Shown here one piece after another: positions 9,247-17,508 of a stretch of DNA of 64,000 bases. The position numbers and the translations under genes were made by a program. Where the stretch lies: assembly GCA_035540495.1 (NCBI GenBank), contig DATLGL010000004.1, positions 568-64,567 of the forward strand, written 5' to 3'. Source of the DNA: Acidimicrobiales bacterium. Lineage in GTDB: Bacteria; Actinomycetota; Acidimicrobiia; Acidimicrobiales; CADCTF01. Every line of letters starts with the position of its first letter. Position 1 is the stretch's first letter. The notes below the pieces were generated by a model. That model had not been told where the DNA came from. It was given only the letters and a program-made list of their open reading frames with translations, and searched no databases.

Positions 9247-9798
9247 ATGTGGCGAGGACTTTTCCGCTTCTCATCCTCAAGGCCGATCAGCGCGCCGTCG
9301 GACCATGACGTCGCCGCGGTCCTCAGCGAGCTCCTCGCACAGGGCTCACAACCGATCGCAGTCTTCGTCAACGACACTGGTCGTGAAGTCTCAGTGGTCG
9401 TTCAGGCCGAGCACCCCGGCCCAGACGCGGGGGCTCTTGGGCTGCGCGAAGTCGGAGGGCTTCGCCTGACTGAGCGCCTCGATCACGACGACGCCCCCCA
9501 GTCCACATCGACCCCACAACAGTGGAGGTTGGCGCAACGGAGGTCGGGATTGCGGTCGCTGCGTGAGACCGACTGGTCCGCCCTAGCGATCACCGGCAAG
9601 AAGGCTTTCGTGACCTTCTCCAGAGGGCCACGCGAGCACCTCCACGACGCCACCGCCGCGTTCGATGAGCGCGGCCGTTTGCGTGTGACCGTGATCGTCG
9701 GCACACCACCGGACGACAACGGTGGGGTCGTCCCAGCTGTCGCCGTCATCGACCGTGCCGTAATCGAGCTCCCATTTGAGGTCGTCGGTTCGCGGTAG
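9247..9798 (+). CDS. Hypothetical protein
   Basis: GGGAG RBS before ATG 9247; globular-looking composition; no family recognised. Confidence 0.5.
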   Translation: MWRGLFRFSSSRPISAPSDHDVAAVLSELLAQGSQPIAVFVNDTGREVSVVVQAEHPGPDAGALGLREVGGLRLTERLDHDDAPQSTSTPQQWRLAQRRSGLRSLRETDWSALAITGKKAFVTFSRGPREHLHDATAAFDERGRLRVTVIVGTPPDDNGGVVPAVAVIDRAVIELPFEVVGSR

Positions 9799-9886
9799 AG
9801 CGACTCCCCGCCGCTCGCGCGGTTCTCCGAGTGGGCGTACGGAACGACGGTTCCCGTCCGCACGGCGGTACACCAGAATCGCGGGT

Positions 9887-10360
9887 GTGGCTGACGGTGG
9901 CGTCCGCTTCAGGCTGGCGGGTGAGCTCCCGCGGGAAGCGCTGATGGCGATGCGTGAAGGGACGACCGTCGACGCTTGTGACGCTCGGCTATCGAACGCC
10001 GTGGCTGGAGCGAGCGAGTGGCTCGTGGTTGTGGATGGCACGAGGCCAGAGGGCTGGCTGCTCATCGAGTGGAACGGGAAGCCCTCGAAGCCCGATCACC
10101 CCGACATCGCGGATGTCTTTGTCCGCGAGGGGGCAAGGGGCAGAGGCCTCGGCACGCTCTTGGTGCTCGAGGCGGAGCGCCGCGTCCGTGAGCGCGGGCA
10201 TTCGCGAGTCGGCCTTTCGGTCAACCCGGAAGAGAACGTTGCTGCGCGGCGCCTCTACGAGCGCCTCGGGTACCACCACGACGGAGGAGAGCCATACCTC
10301 GATGGTGTCTACGACGGTGTCGAGGACTGGGTGATCGACCTTGTAAAGGATCTGGGATAG
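9887..10360 (+). CDS. GNAT acetyltransferase
   Basis: VFVREGARGRGLGTLL acetyl-CoA motif, ARRLYERLGY; start reassigned to GTG 9887. Confidence 0.88.
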   Translation: MADGGVRFRLAGELPREALMAMREGTTVDACDARLSNAVAGASEWLVVVDGTRPEGWLLIEWNGKPSKPDHPDIADVFVREGARGRGLGTLLVLEAERRVRERGHSRVGLSVNPEENVAARRLYERLGYHHDGGEPYLDGVYDGVEDWVIDLVKDLG

Positions 10361-10472
10361 GACACGTCACCGGGCGGCATGACCTCGGGCTCCGCGCATC
10401 CGTCGCCCCAGCTCCCGTCCCTCCGCGCGAAATGAACGTGCAGGCGCCTTTGTCGTCGCCGAAGCTGGCGGG

Positions 10473-10814
10473 ATGATCCCCGGTCCGGCTGGTCCGCACG
10501 TCATCACGCAGTTGCTCCGCTGGCTGAAGGACAAGTGGCCCGAGCCACGGCAGTGTGCGATATGCGACGCCGACAACTGGAGCTACGGGCACTTCATCCA
10601 AGAGAGCATCCAGTTGCTCGATGACTTGGCTCTTGAAGACCTCGTCGACAACCCCGATGATGCGCAACCGGCCGTTACTGCCTACTGCGCCGCTACGTGC
10701 CTCACGTGCGCCCACACGATCTTCTTCAACGCTCACCTCATCGGCGTCATCAGCACGGTGCAGGTTGAGCAGCGCTCCGGCCGAGTGCGCGTGCAGGCCC
10801 TCACCACGAGCTGA
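10473..10814 (+). CDS. Hypothetical Zn-ribbon-like protein; stop codon overlaps the IS110 left junction
   Basis: CAIC and CLTC pairs; TGA 10812-10814 spans the IS junction. Confidence 0.55.
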   Translation: MIPGPAGPHVITQLLRWLKDKWPEPRQCAICDADNWSYGHFIQESIQLLDDLALEDLVDNPDDAQPAVTAYCAATCLTCAHTIFFNAHLIGVISTVQVEQRSGRVRVQALTTS

Positions 10815-11120
10815 CGGACGGTTGACTGCAGCGCATCGGACGACCATATCGACAGTGATAATCCACCAGTAGCGGTTCCCCGCCACGTAGAAGGTTGGCG
10901 GCGCCCCGCTCACTCGGTCTGACTCGCATATCGACCGACTCCGTCTGGATGTCCTTGAGCCGATCGGTCGGCCGAGTGAGCAGGACGCCGCCGGCACAAC
11001 CGGTCGGTCGAACGTGACCTGATAGGAGCTCGTGCGAGGAGCCCCGTCACTGTCCTGTCCGTCTTCGCGGCCGTGCGTGCCACCCACGACCAGCCAACGA
11101 GAAGGGATGGCGAGAACACG
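10813..11120 (+). ncRNA. Candidate IS110 bridge RNA
   Basis: Stems 10909-10918/10971-10980 and 10932-10938/10964-10970; ATAGGAGCT (11022-11030) equals the element right end (12206-12214); CCGTCA (11044-11049) complements the left end TGACGG. Confidence 0.65.
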
Positions 11121-12200
11121 ATGTCAGATCCGTCGCGCTCGATCACCGGAGGCGTCGACACCCACAAGGACTTCTACGTTGCCGCCGCGATCGACGGGCT
11201 CGGCCGCATCCTCGGCACCGAGCAGTTCCCCACGACGCCACGCGGCTATCGCCGGCTACTGCGCTGGCTGCGCCGCTTCGGGGACGTCGTCGCTGTCGGC
11301 GTTGAGGGCACCGGCGCGTGGGGCGCTGGTCTTGCGCGCTACCTGACGGCCGAGGGCGTGCGGGTGGTGGAGGTCGACCGCCCGAACCGCCAGCGGCGTA
11401 GGCGGCGCGGCAAGTCCGATCCCGCCGATGCCGAGGCCGCCGCTCGAGCAGTGCTGGCGGGCGATCAGACCGGAACCCCGAAGGCCGCGACCGGCATGGT
11501 CGAGGCGATTCGCCTGGTGCGCGTCGCCCGCCGCAGCGCCATGAAGGCCCGCACGCAGGCAGCAAACCAGATCCACTCGGTGATCGACACTGCGCCGGAG
11601 GAGCTGCGCGGCCAGCTGCTCGGACTTCGCGAGAACGAGAGGATCGCCAAATGCTCGCGCCTGCGCGCCACCGATCCGACGACGCCAGCCGGTGCTGCGA
11701 AGCTGACCCTCTCGACACTCGCTCGGCGGTGGCTGGCCCTCAGTGATGAGATCAAGACGCTCGACGCCCAGCTCGAGCGGCTGGTCGAGGCCACGGCTCC
11801 CTCGCTCGTCGCCGCGAAGGGAATCGGCACCGAGACAGCGTCGATGTTGCTCACCACCGCCGGCGACAACCCCGGCCGGCTCAGCAGCGAGCGGTCGTTC
11901 GCCGCCGTCTGCGGATCATCACCCGTCGATGCGTCCTCCGGCAGGCAACAGCGCCACCGTCTCAACCGCGGCGGCGACCGGCAAGCGAACTGTGCGCTCT
12001 ACCTGATCGTCTTGAACCGGCTGTCGTGGGACCCGAGGACGAAGGCCTACATGCAACGACGACTCGCGGAGGGGAAGACGAAGAAGGAAGTCATCCGCTG
12101 CCTCAAGCGCTACGTCGCACGCGAGGTCTACAACCTCATCGCCAAGGACCTTGCGGGGCGTTCCGAAGCCGCGCAGCGACGTGTTCAACTCGCTGCTTGA
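11121..12200 (+). CDS. IS110-family transposase/recombinase
   Basis: GGVDTHKD, VGVEGTG, GKSDPADAEAAA, SSG...RHRLNRGGDRQAN. Confidence 0.96.
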   Translation: MSDPSRSITGGVDTHKDFYVAAAIDGLGRILGTEQFPTTPRGYRRLLRWLRRFGDVVAVGVEGTGAWGAGLARYLTAEGVRVVEVDRPNRQRRRRRGKSDPADAEAAARAVLAGDQTGTPKAATGMVEAIRLVRVARRSAMKARTQAANQIHSVIDTAPEELRGQLLGLRENERIAKCSRLRATDPTTPAGAAKLTLSTLARRWLALSDEIKTLDAQLERLVEATAPSLVAAKGIGTETASMLLTTAGDNPGRLSSERSFAAVCGSSPVDASSGRQQRHRLNRGGDRQANCALYLIVLNRLSWDPRTKAYMQRRLAEGKTKKEVIRCLKRYVAREVYNLIAKDLAGRSEAAQRRVQLAA

Positions 12201-12269
12201 CACCTATAGGAGCTTCGGCTCGGCGTGCGCGATCTCGCGACCGAACGCCTGGCCTGATTCGGCGCAGCG

Positions 12270-12932
12270 CTACTGCGTCGCCAGATCGAGGACCGCCAGG
12301 CATGGTCCCAGGCCGAGGATCTCGATGTCGTTGCGGCGGTGTGCCTCCCACATCTCCCTGGTCATTACGTACCGATGCATGAGCGCCATGCCGCTGGGGC
12401 GCGCAGCGAGCATGGTTCCGTTCGGCTGGTAGCCGAGCGAGCGTGACACGCCGTTTGACTCAACGTTGTCAGCGAACGCTTCGCTCTCCGCTCGCAGAGC
12501 ACCCAGCCCCCCAAACGCGAGGTGGAGAACCGCCGATCGCATCTCCTTGCCGATTCCTTTGCCGTGGTGTTCGAGCAACAGCACGGAGAACGAGCTGACG
12601 GTGCGCAACACCTTGAAGCTGTCGGCGGTGATGTTCTGCTGTCCGACGACGACGCCGTCCACCAGGACCGCGAACGACAGGTGCCACCACTCCGGAGACG
12701 TGCGGGAGCGAGCGCGCCACTCGCCCGTGAGCGCGGCCCACTCCGCCTTCGGGGAAACCATGTAGAACGACGACTCACCGTCGACCCACTCGTAGCCCGC
12801 GCGCGCGACGTCTCTGCTTCGAAAGCGCGCGAGCTCGCTCAGGAGGCCGTCGTCGGCGTATCGCAGGGTGACCGCCGGGGTCCGGACTTCGAGGTTGAAG
12901 AAGGGCCAAACGTTGACGTCTGTCTCTGTCAC
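12270..12932 (-). CDS. RimJ/RimL-type GNAT acetyltransferase
   Basis: HHGKGIGKEMRSAVLHLAF, ADNVESNGVSRSLGY; start reassigned to GTG 12932. Confidence 0.88.
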   Translation of the reverse strand: MTETDVNVWPFFNLEVRTPAVTLRYADDGLLSELARFRSRDVARAGYEWVDGESSFYMVSPKAEWAALTGEWRARSRTSPEWWHLSFAVLVDGVVVGQQNITADSFKVLRTVSSFSVLLLEHHGKGIGKEMRSAVLHLAFGGLGALRAESEAFADNVESNGVSRSLGYQPNGTMLAARPSGMALMHRYVMTREMWEAHRRNDIEILGLGPCLAVLDLATQ

Positions 12933-13230
12933 GTCTCCAGCCTCCCCACACGTCGGCGCCCTCACCAGTGAATAGCTGGAGGGTGTCCCCGAACGACGGA
13001 TCGGGTCTCCATCATGCGCGACAGAACTGCGAGCGAGGTGTACAGGGCGGGCAACGCTCTCTACGCCTCGCATGTACAGCCTGGCCAGGGATTGGTGCCT
13101 GGCTGTCGGGGAGCAAGAGGGGAGCGGATGCGAGCCGCCGAACCGCCGAGCAGGGGTGCCCTCGTAGCCGACTTCCAGGCAGTGGACGGGGCTATTCAGT
13201 GGGCGAAGTATCGGGCTGTTCGCTGCCTCT

Positions 13231-13419
13231 TTATCGTCTCGAGGCGGTGACTGCGACCCATGCGAGGGCGACCGTTGGCGCGAAGAAGATGCCAACCGAC
13301 ATGAGAGCAAGGGCGGTGACGCCGGTGAGGCTGGCTGCCGTGACAATGGTCGACCACTCAGAGGCCACGATCACGGACAGCAGCGCGACCAGAGCCGGTA
13401 CCGCGAGGATGAACAGCAC
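13231..13419 (-). CDS. Very small hydrophobic protein
   Basis: 62 aa with two TM-like segments; may be a remnant. Confidence 0.35.
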   Translation of the reverse strand: MLFILAVPALVALLSVIVASEWSTIVTAASLTGVTALALMSVGIFFAPTVALAWVAVTASRR

Positions 13420-13521
13420 CGCTCGGCCCTCCGTCGAGACGAGTGAGACTTGGGTCGAAGGATGATGGTTCGGTCGAGCAGCTGTTCACCGGGGGCGACG
13501 CGGCGATCGATGCAGGCACGA

Positions 13522-13872
13522 TCAGGTCTCGCTGGACGTGTGTTCGATGAGGCCCAAGGTGATGTCGTCAGGGGTGGTGACCGTCGCGACCTTGGTGCCC
13601 GGAGCCACCTGCGTCGGCTCGCTCGCGAGGGTGGCACCGGCCCGCCGGACCTCGGTGAGCGCTGCTCTGAGATCGGGCACGTGGATGTGGGCGACGGCAC
13701 CGACCGACGAGTGGGGCCTCTGTGGTGTGAGGCCGATCTCGAACCCTGCGACGTTGAAGCCGACGTAGTAGGGCTGGTCGGTGTGAGGTTCGACACCGAG
13801 GAGGGCGATGTGGATCGCCTTGGCGGTCGCGATGTCGGTGACGGTGTAGACGATGTTCTCGACGTTGTTCAT
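13522..13872 (-). CDS. VOC/glyoxalase family protein
   Basis: IVYTVTDIATAK, YYVGFNVAGFEIGL, PDDITLGL. Confidence 0.88.
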   Translation of the reverse strand: MNNVENIVYTVTDIATAKAIHIALLGVEPHTDQPYYVGFNVAGFEIGLTPQRPHSSVGAVAHIHVPDLRAALTEVRRAGATLASEPTQVAPGTKVATVTTPDDITLGLIEHTSSET

Positions 13873-13880
13873 GCCCTTGT

Positions 13881-13946
13881 GACGTGTGCCGGCGGAGCGA
13901 TGTGACGGTCGCTATCCCGTGTCACGATCGGGGCGTGGCGAACGTC
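13881..13946. promoter_or_regulatory. Back-to-back ECF41-type promoters
   Basis: Minus strand GTCACA(13906-13901)-N16-CGTC(13884-13881) before the VOC gene; plus strand TGTCACG(13920-13926)-N16-CGTC(13943-13946) before the sigma gene; ECF41 consensus is TGTCACA-N16-CGTC. Confidence 0.75.
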
Positions 13947-13963
13947 AGCAGGGTGTGACCGAG

Positions 13964-14812
13964 ATGGACCTTTCCGCACTCGAAGACGAGCGTCCCCGGC
14001 TGGTCGCCCTCGCGACGCGGATCCTCGGCTCCGCAGCGGAGGCCGACGACGTGGTCCAGGAGGCTTCGCTGCGCCTGTCCGCGACGGACGGGATCGACGA
14101 CCCGCCGGCGTGGCTGACCACGGTCGTCACCCGGCTGTGCCTGGATCTGCTCCGCAAGCAGGCGACTCGGTCGAGGTATGAAGCGACTGCGTCCTCGGCG
14201 GCCGGTCGCGATCCGCTCGACCCCGAGGCCGATGCCCTGGTCGCTGATCGCGTGGGGACGGCGATGACGGTGGTGCTCGACACCCTCGGGCCGGCCGAAC
14301 GGGCGACGTTCGTCCTCCATGATGTGTTCGGCTACCCGTTCGACGAGATCAGTGCCGTGCTCGGCCGCTCCGATACGGCGGTGCGCCAGCTCGCCAGTCG
14401 AGCACGGCGCAAAGTGCAGGGCGCGTCCGAACCGCCCTCGGAGCGGGCCGGGCGGGCCGAGAACCAGCGGCTGGTGGGAGCGTTCCTCGACGCGGCCCGG
14501 GGTGGAGACGTGACGACGCTGCTGCAGCTGCTGGCGCCGGACGCTGTCATGCACGCCGATCGCGTCGGCCAGCAGATGGGCGCGCCATCCAGCTTCGACG
14601 GTGCGGCGGCCGTCGCGGCTCGGTTCGACGGAGCTCAGGGTGCGGCGCCGGCGACCATCGACGGCGAACCCGGAGCCGCTTGGATCGCCGGCTCGACGGT
14701 CAGGGTCGCCTTCGCGTTCCACGTCGAGGACGGGTTGGTGCGCGAGATCGAACTGATCGCCGACCCCGAGGTGCTCGCCACGATGGATGTCGTTGCGGTC
14801 CGGTGGAGCTGA
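13964..14812 (+). CDS. ECF41/SigJ-type sigma-70 factor with SnoaL-like C-terminal extension
   Basis: EADDVVQE, WLTTVVTRLCLDLLR, LHDVFGYPFDEI, LLAPDAVMHAD. Confidence 0.92.
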   Translation: MDLSALEDERPRLVALATRILGSAAEADDVVQEASLRLSATDGIDDPPAWLTTVVTRLCLDLLRKQATRSRYEATASSAAGRDPLDPEADALVADRVGTAMTVVLDTLGPAERATFVLHDVFGYPFDEISAVLGRSDTAVRQLASRARRKVQGASEPPSERAGRAENQRLVGAFLDAARGGDVTTLLQLLAPDAVMHADRVGQQMGAPSSFDGAAAVAARFDGAQGAAPATIDGEPGAAWIAGSTVRVAFAFHVEDGLVREIELIADPEVLATMDVVAVRWS

Positions 14813-14814
14813 GG

Positions 14815-15291
14815 GTGAGGTTCCGCGCCGAGGTTGAACCGAACGAGCCAATGAGGGGACTCGAGGTCCCTGCTGATGTCGTCGAGGCGCTCGGTGACGG
14901 CAAGCGACCGCGCGTCACCGTCACGCTCAACGGACACTCGTGGAGCACGAGGATCGCGATCATGCGCGGACGCCACCTGGTCGGGCTCAGCAACGCTCAC
15001 CGCGCCGCCACTGGTGTCGTCGTGGGCGAGCATGTCGACGTCGAGGTCGAACTCGACACCGAGCCGGTGACCGTCGAGGAGCCTGCTGACCTTGCGAGCG
15101 CCCTCGCCACGGACCGACTCGCGCGAGCCGCCTATGACCGGCTCACCTCGAACCGGCGCAAGCAGCACGTGCGCATGATCGAGGACGCGAAGCGCCCAGA
15201 GACACGCGCTCGGCGGATCAACAAGCTCATGGATCAGCTACGACAAGACCACGCCGAACGCCCTTCGCCAGCGGACCCCGACCAGGGCTGA
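14815..15291 (+). CDS. DUF1905 + YdeI/OmpD-associated domain protein
   Basis: KRPRVTVTLNGHSW, VEEPADLASAL, KRPETRARRI. Confidence 0.82.
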   Translation: MRFRAEVEPNEPMRGLEVPADVVEALGDGKRPRVTVTLNGHSWSTRIAIMRGRHLVGLSNAHRAATGVVVGEHVDVEVELDTEPVTVEEPADLASALATDRLARAAYDRLTSNRRKQHVRMIEDAKRPETRARRINKLMDQLRQDHAERPSPADPDQG

Positions 15292-15428
15292 CGCACAGGA
15301 GAATGCCGGATCTTCTGCGGCCTCGACCCGATCCGCGACGCGTCGGTGTCGCGGATCCGGTGATCCTGCGCGCTCCGCTGTGGAGCGCTCCCCGTGGCAC
15401 CGCTCATGCAGGCGCCCCGGATGTTGTG

Positions 15429-15815
15429 TCAGCGGGAACGCCACCACGACACCGCCGCCACAACTGCGGCGAGTGGGACACCTGCGACCCATCCCCAGAG
15501 GAAGATGAGAGCCGAAGTGGAAGAGTCGTTGCTCGCGAAGGCGGTCCACATGCCAGCGATACCGGCAGCGAGAACGACACAGCAAACGACGACGGCGTGG
15601 CGCTGCATCGGACCGAGCGCCAGCACGAGGCACATCGGACCGAAGTACAGAAGCCCTAAGCCTGCTGCGTTGAGCGGATCGATCCTCGACCACGCATCTG
15701 AGAAGGTGGTCGCTGACACTCCGGCCGCCGTCGACGTGACGACGGCAACGGCAAAGTAGGCGGCCAGACGTGCGATACCCGGGACGGGCTTGGCGGGCGC
15801 GGCGAGGATCGTCAT
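15429..15815 (-). CDS. Membrane protein, unknown function
   Basis: Four hydrophobic segments; start reassigned to ATG 15815. Confidence 0.55.
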   Translation of the reverse strand: MTILAAPAKPVPGIARLAAYFAVAVVTSTAAGVSATTFSDAWSRIDPLNAAGLGLLYFGPMCLVLALGPMQRHAVVVCCVVLAAGIAGMWTAFASNDSSTSALIFLWGWVAGVPLAAVVAAVSWWRSR

Positions 15816-16180
15816 GCGGAGAAGGTGCTCCCCTGGGGCCGGCTGAGATATCCGGGGTTGCCCCCAAACCCCAGCCGGTGCGGAGTCTCGTTGAACCCAC
15901 GCATCGGATCGACACGTCGCCGCTCTGTAGGGGGCTCGCAAGGCACCTGACAGAGTTGCGAAAGCGGCTGGTCAGTGTGTTGCCGCTCCGGTTCCTGGGA
16001 GCAGGACGGGAGCAGCTGATAACGCCGGATAGCGGCGGCGCCCGACTAACAACACGCCCCACATCCCTGGCCACAACCTGCTGCTCAGGCGCAGGTTCTG
16101 GCCAAAGATGGGACCACCGTGGCCCGTGTGCCGCACGCGCCGAACGGCGCGTCGCGAGCCGACGCGGCGATGATGCAGCC

Positions 16181-16558
16181 GTGGGAGTTCCGCGCTTCAC
16201 CGGTTTCAGCATCGCCTCAACCGATCCCCACGCGACGGTTGAGTTCTATCGGGCGATGGGCTTCGAGGTTCAGGAAGACACCCACGGCGGCGGCCGTTCG
16301 TGCGTCGACGCACCGAACCAGCACTTCGATGTCGATGATGTTCAGGCCGTTCCGCAGTGGAACACCGGTAGCCGGGGTCCGGGCGTCTCGATCGGCTTCG
16401 AGGTCGACGGCCGCGACGAAGTCGATGAGCTGGTCGAGCGGCTTGCGTCGCTTGGACACCGCGTCCAGCAGCCGCCTTTCGATGCGCCTTGGGGACGCCG
16501 ATTCGCGGTCGTCGAAGATCCCAACGGCACGCCCGTCGGACTGATGAGCGCTCACTAG
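16181..16558 (+). CDS. VOC/glyoxalase family protein
   Basis: TVEFYRAMGF, PFDAPWGRRFAVVEDPNG; start reassigned to GTG 16181. Confidence 0.88.
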   Translation: MGVPRFTGFSIASTDPHATVEFYRAMGFEVQEDTHGGGRSCVDAPNQHFDVDDVQAVPQWNTGSRGPGVSIGFEVDGRDEVDELVERLASLGHRVQQPPFDAPWGRRFAVVEDPNGTPVGLMSAH

Positions 16559-16668
16559 CCACCCAGACTCCGGGTACCGAACGCGCGATCGCGACTCCAT
16601 CGCGCAGGCGTCGTGGACGCGACAACAACTGCGCTCCGCGAGGCCCAGGCCGGTCCGGCTAGGTCGTC

Positions 16669-17346
16669 TCATTTGAGGGCGAGGACGTCGATCCACATCA
16701 CGTGGCCCTGACGGTGGAGGAAGCTGTCGATGACGAACCCGGCGTCGATGAGTGCGGCGTGCAGAGCGTTCTCGTCGTGGTTGGCGAACCACCGGTCGAG
16801 CTGAGCGGAGCTCCTCGGTCCACGTTCGGGCGCGTACGGCACAACTTCAAGACCTTCGGTTCCTCCTGAAGAGGTGGTAAGGGCCAGCGCTCCTGCCGGC
16901 TCGAGAACGCGATGCCACTCGCGCAGCGTTGCGCCGAGCAGCGGCGATGGCACGTGCAGCAGCGATGCAGCGCTCCAGACTCCGCGGACCGATGAACTCG
17001 CGATTGGCAGCGATGTGAGGTCCGCCTCAACTGCGGGTCCCCGGGCGGCCGTCTTGGCAGCCATTGTTGGTGAGCGGTCGACCCCGACAGCGGTACAGCC
17101 TCGCGACCTGAACCAGGCGACGTCTCGGCCCGGCCCGCAGCCAAGGTCGAGGATGATGCCACCGCCATCGATGTGAGCGACGAGCCATTCGCGGAGCTGC
17201 GCGACAGCAGGTGAAGCGGTGAGAGTCGACTGCTCGTACTCGCTCGCGATGCGGTCGTACGTCTTCGCTGTCTGCTTCTGCAGATGCCAAGGATCCGTCA
17301 CCTCATCAGTTTCGAGCGATGACTCCGGTCGCTCCAGTCCGCTCAT
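16669..17346 (-). CDS. Class I SAM-dependent methyltransferase
   Basis: ILDLGCGPGRD, VGVDRS, SLLHVP, WHRVLEPAG. Confidence 0.9.
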   Translation of the reverse strand: MSGLERPESSLETDEVTDPWHLQKQTAKTYDRIASEYEQSTLTASPAVAQLREWLVAHIDGGGIILDLGCGPGRDVAWFRSRGCTAVGVDRSPTMAAKTAARGPAVEADLTSLPIASSSVRGVWSAASLLHVPSPLLGATLREWHRVLEPAGALALTTSSGGTEGLEVVPYAPERGPRSSAQLDRWFANHDENALHAALIDAGFVIDSFLHRQGHVMWIDVLALK

Positions 17347-17508
17347 ATCGCACGCACCGAACCGCGTCCGGGTGCGACTTCATCGCCGCGCCGAACGGCG
17401 CGTCGGGAGCGCACGTTCTGTACGCCTCGGTGGTGCCCCGGATCGCCGACTCGGGCGCGCTCGCGGCCGCAAGCAGGACTCGCCCGAGCGTGGCACACAA
17501 TTCGGCGC

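Larger units (their letters stand above)
10811..12214 (+). mobile_element. IS110-family element
   Basis: DEDD recombinase gene, ~300-bp 5' non-coding end, no terminal inverted repeats; both junctions share GAGCT (10808-10812 and 12210-12214). Confidence 0.85.

Noticed and set aside
11189-11197. GATCGACGG inside the IS110 gene (also at 61415 in thrC)
   Set aside because: It encodes Ile-Asp-Gly in frame and lacks the flanking arms. This shows the GATC variant can arise by chance, so these were not counted.
12197-12214. Circle-junction sigma-A promoter for IS110
   Set aside because: TTGACA is present at the right end, but no credible -10 falls 16-18 bp downstream in the inferred junction.
15816-16135. 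Possible IS or ncRNA remnant in this long spacer (and in 13003-13230)
   Set aside because: No terminal repeats, transposase motifs or group II intron domain V could be identified.
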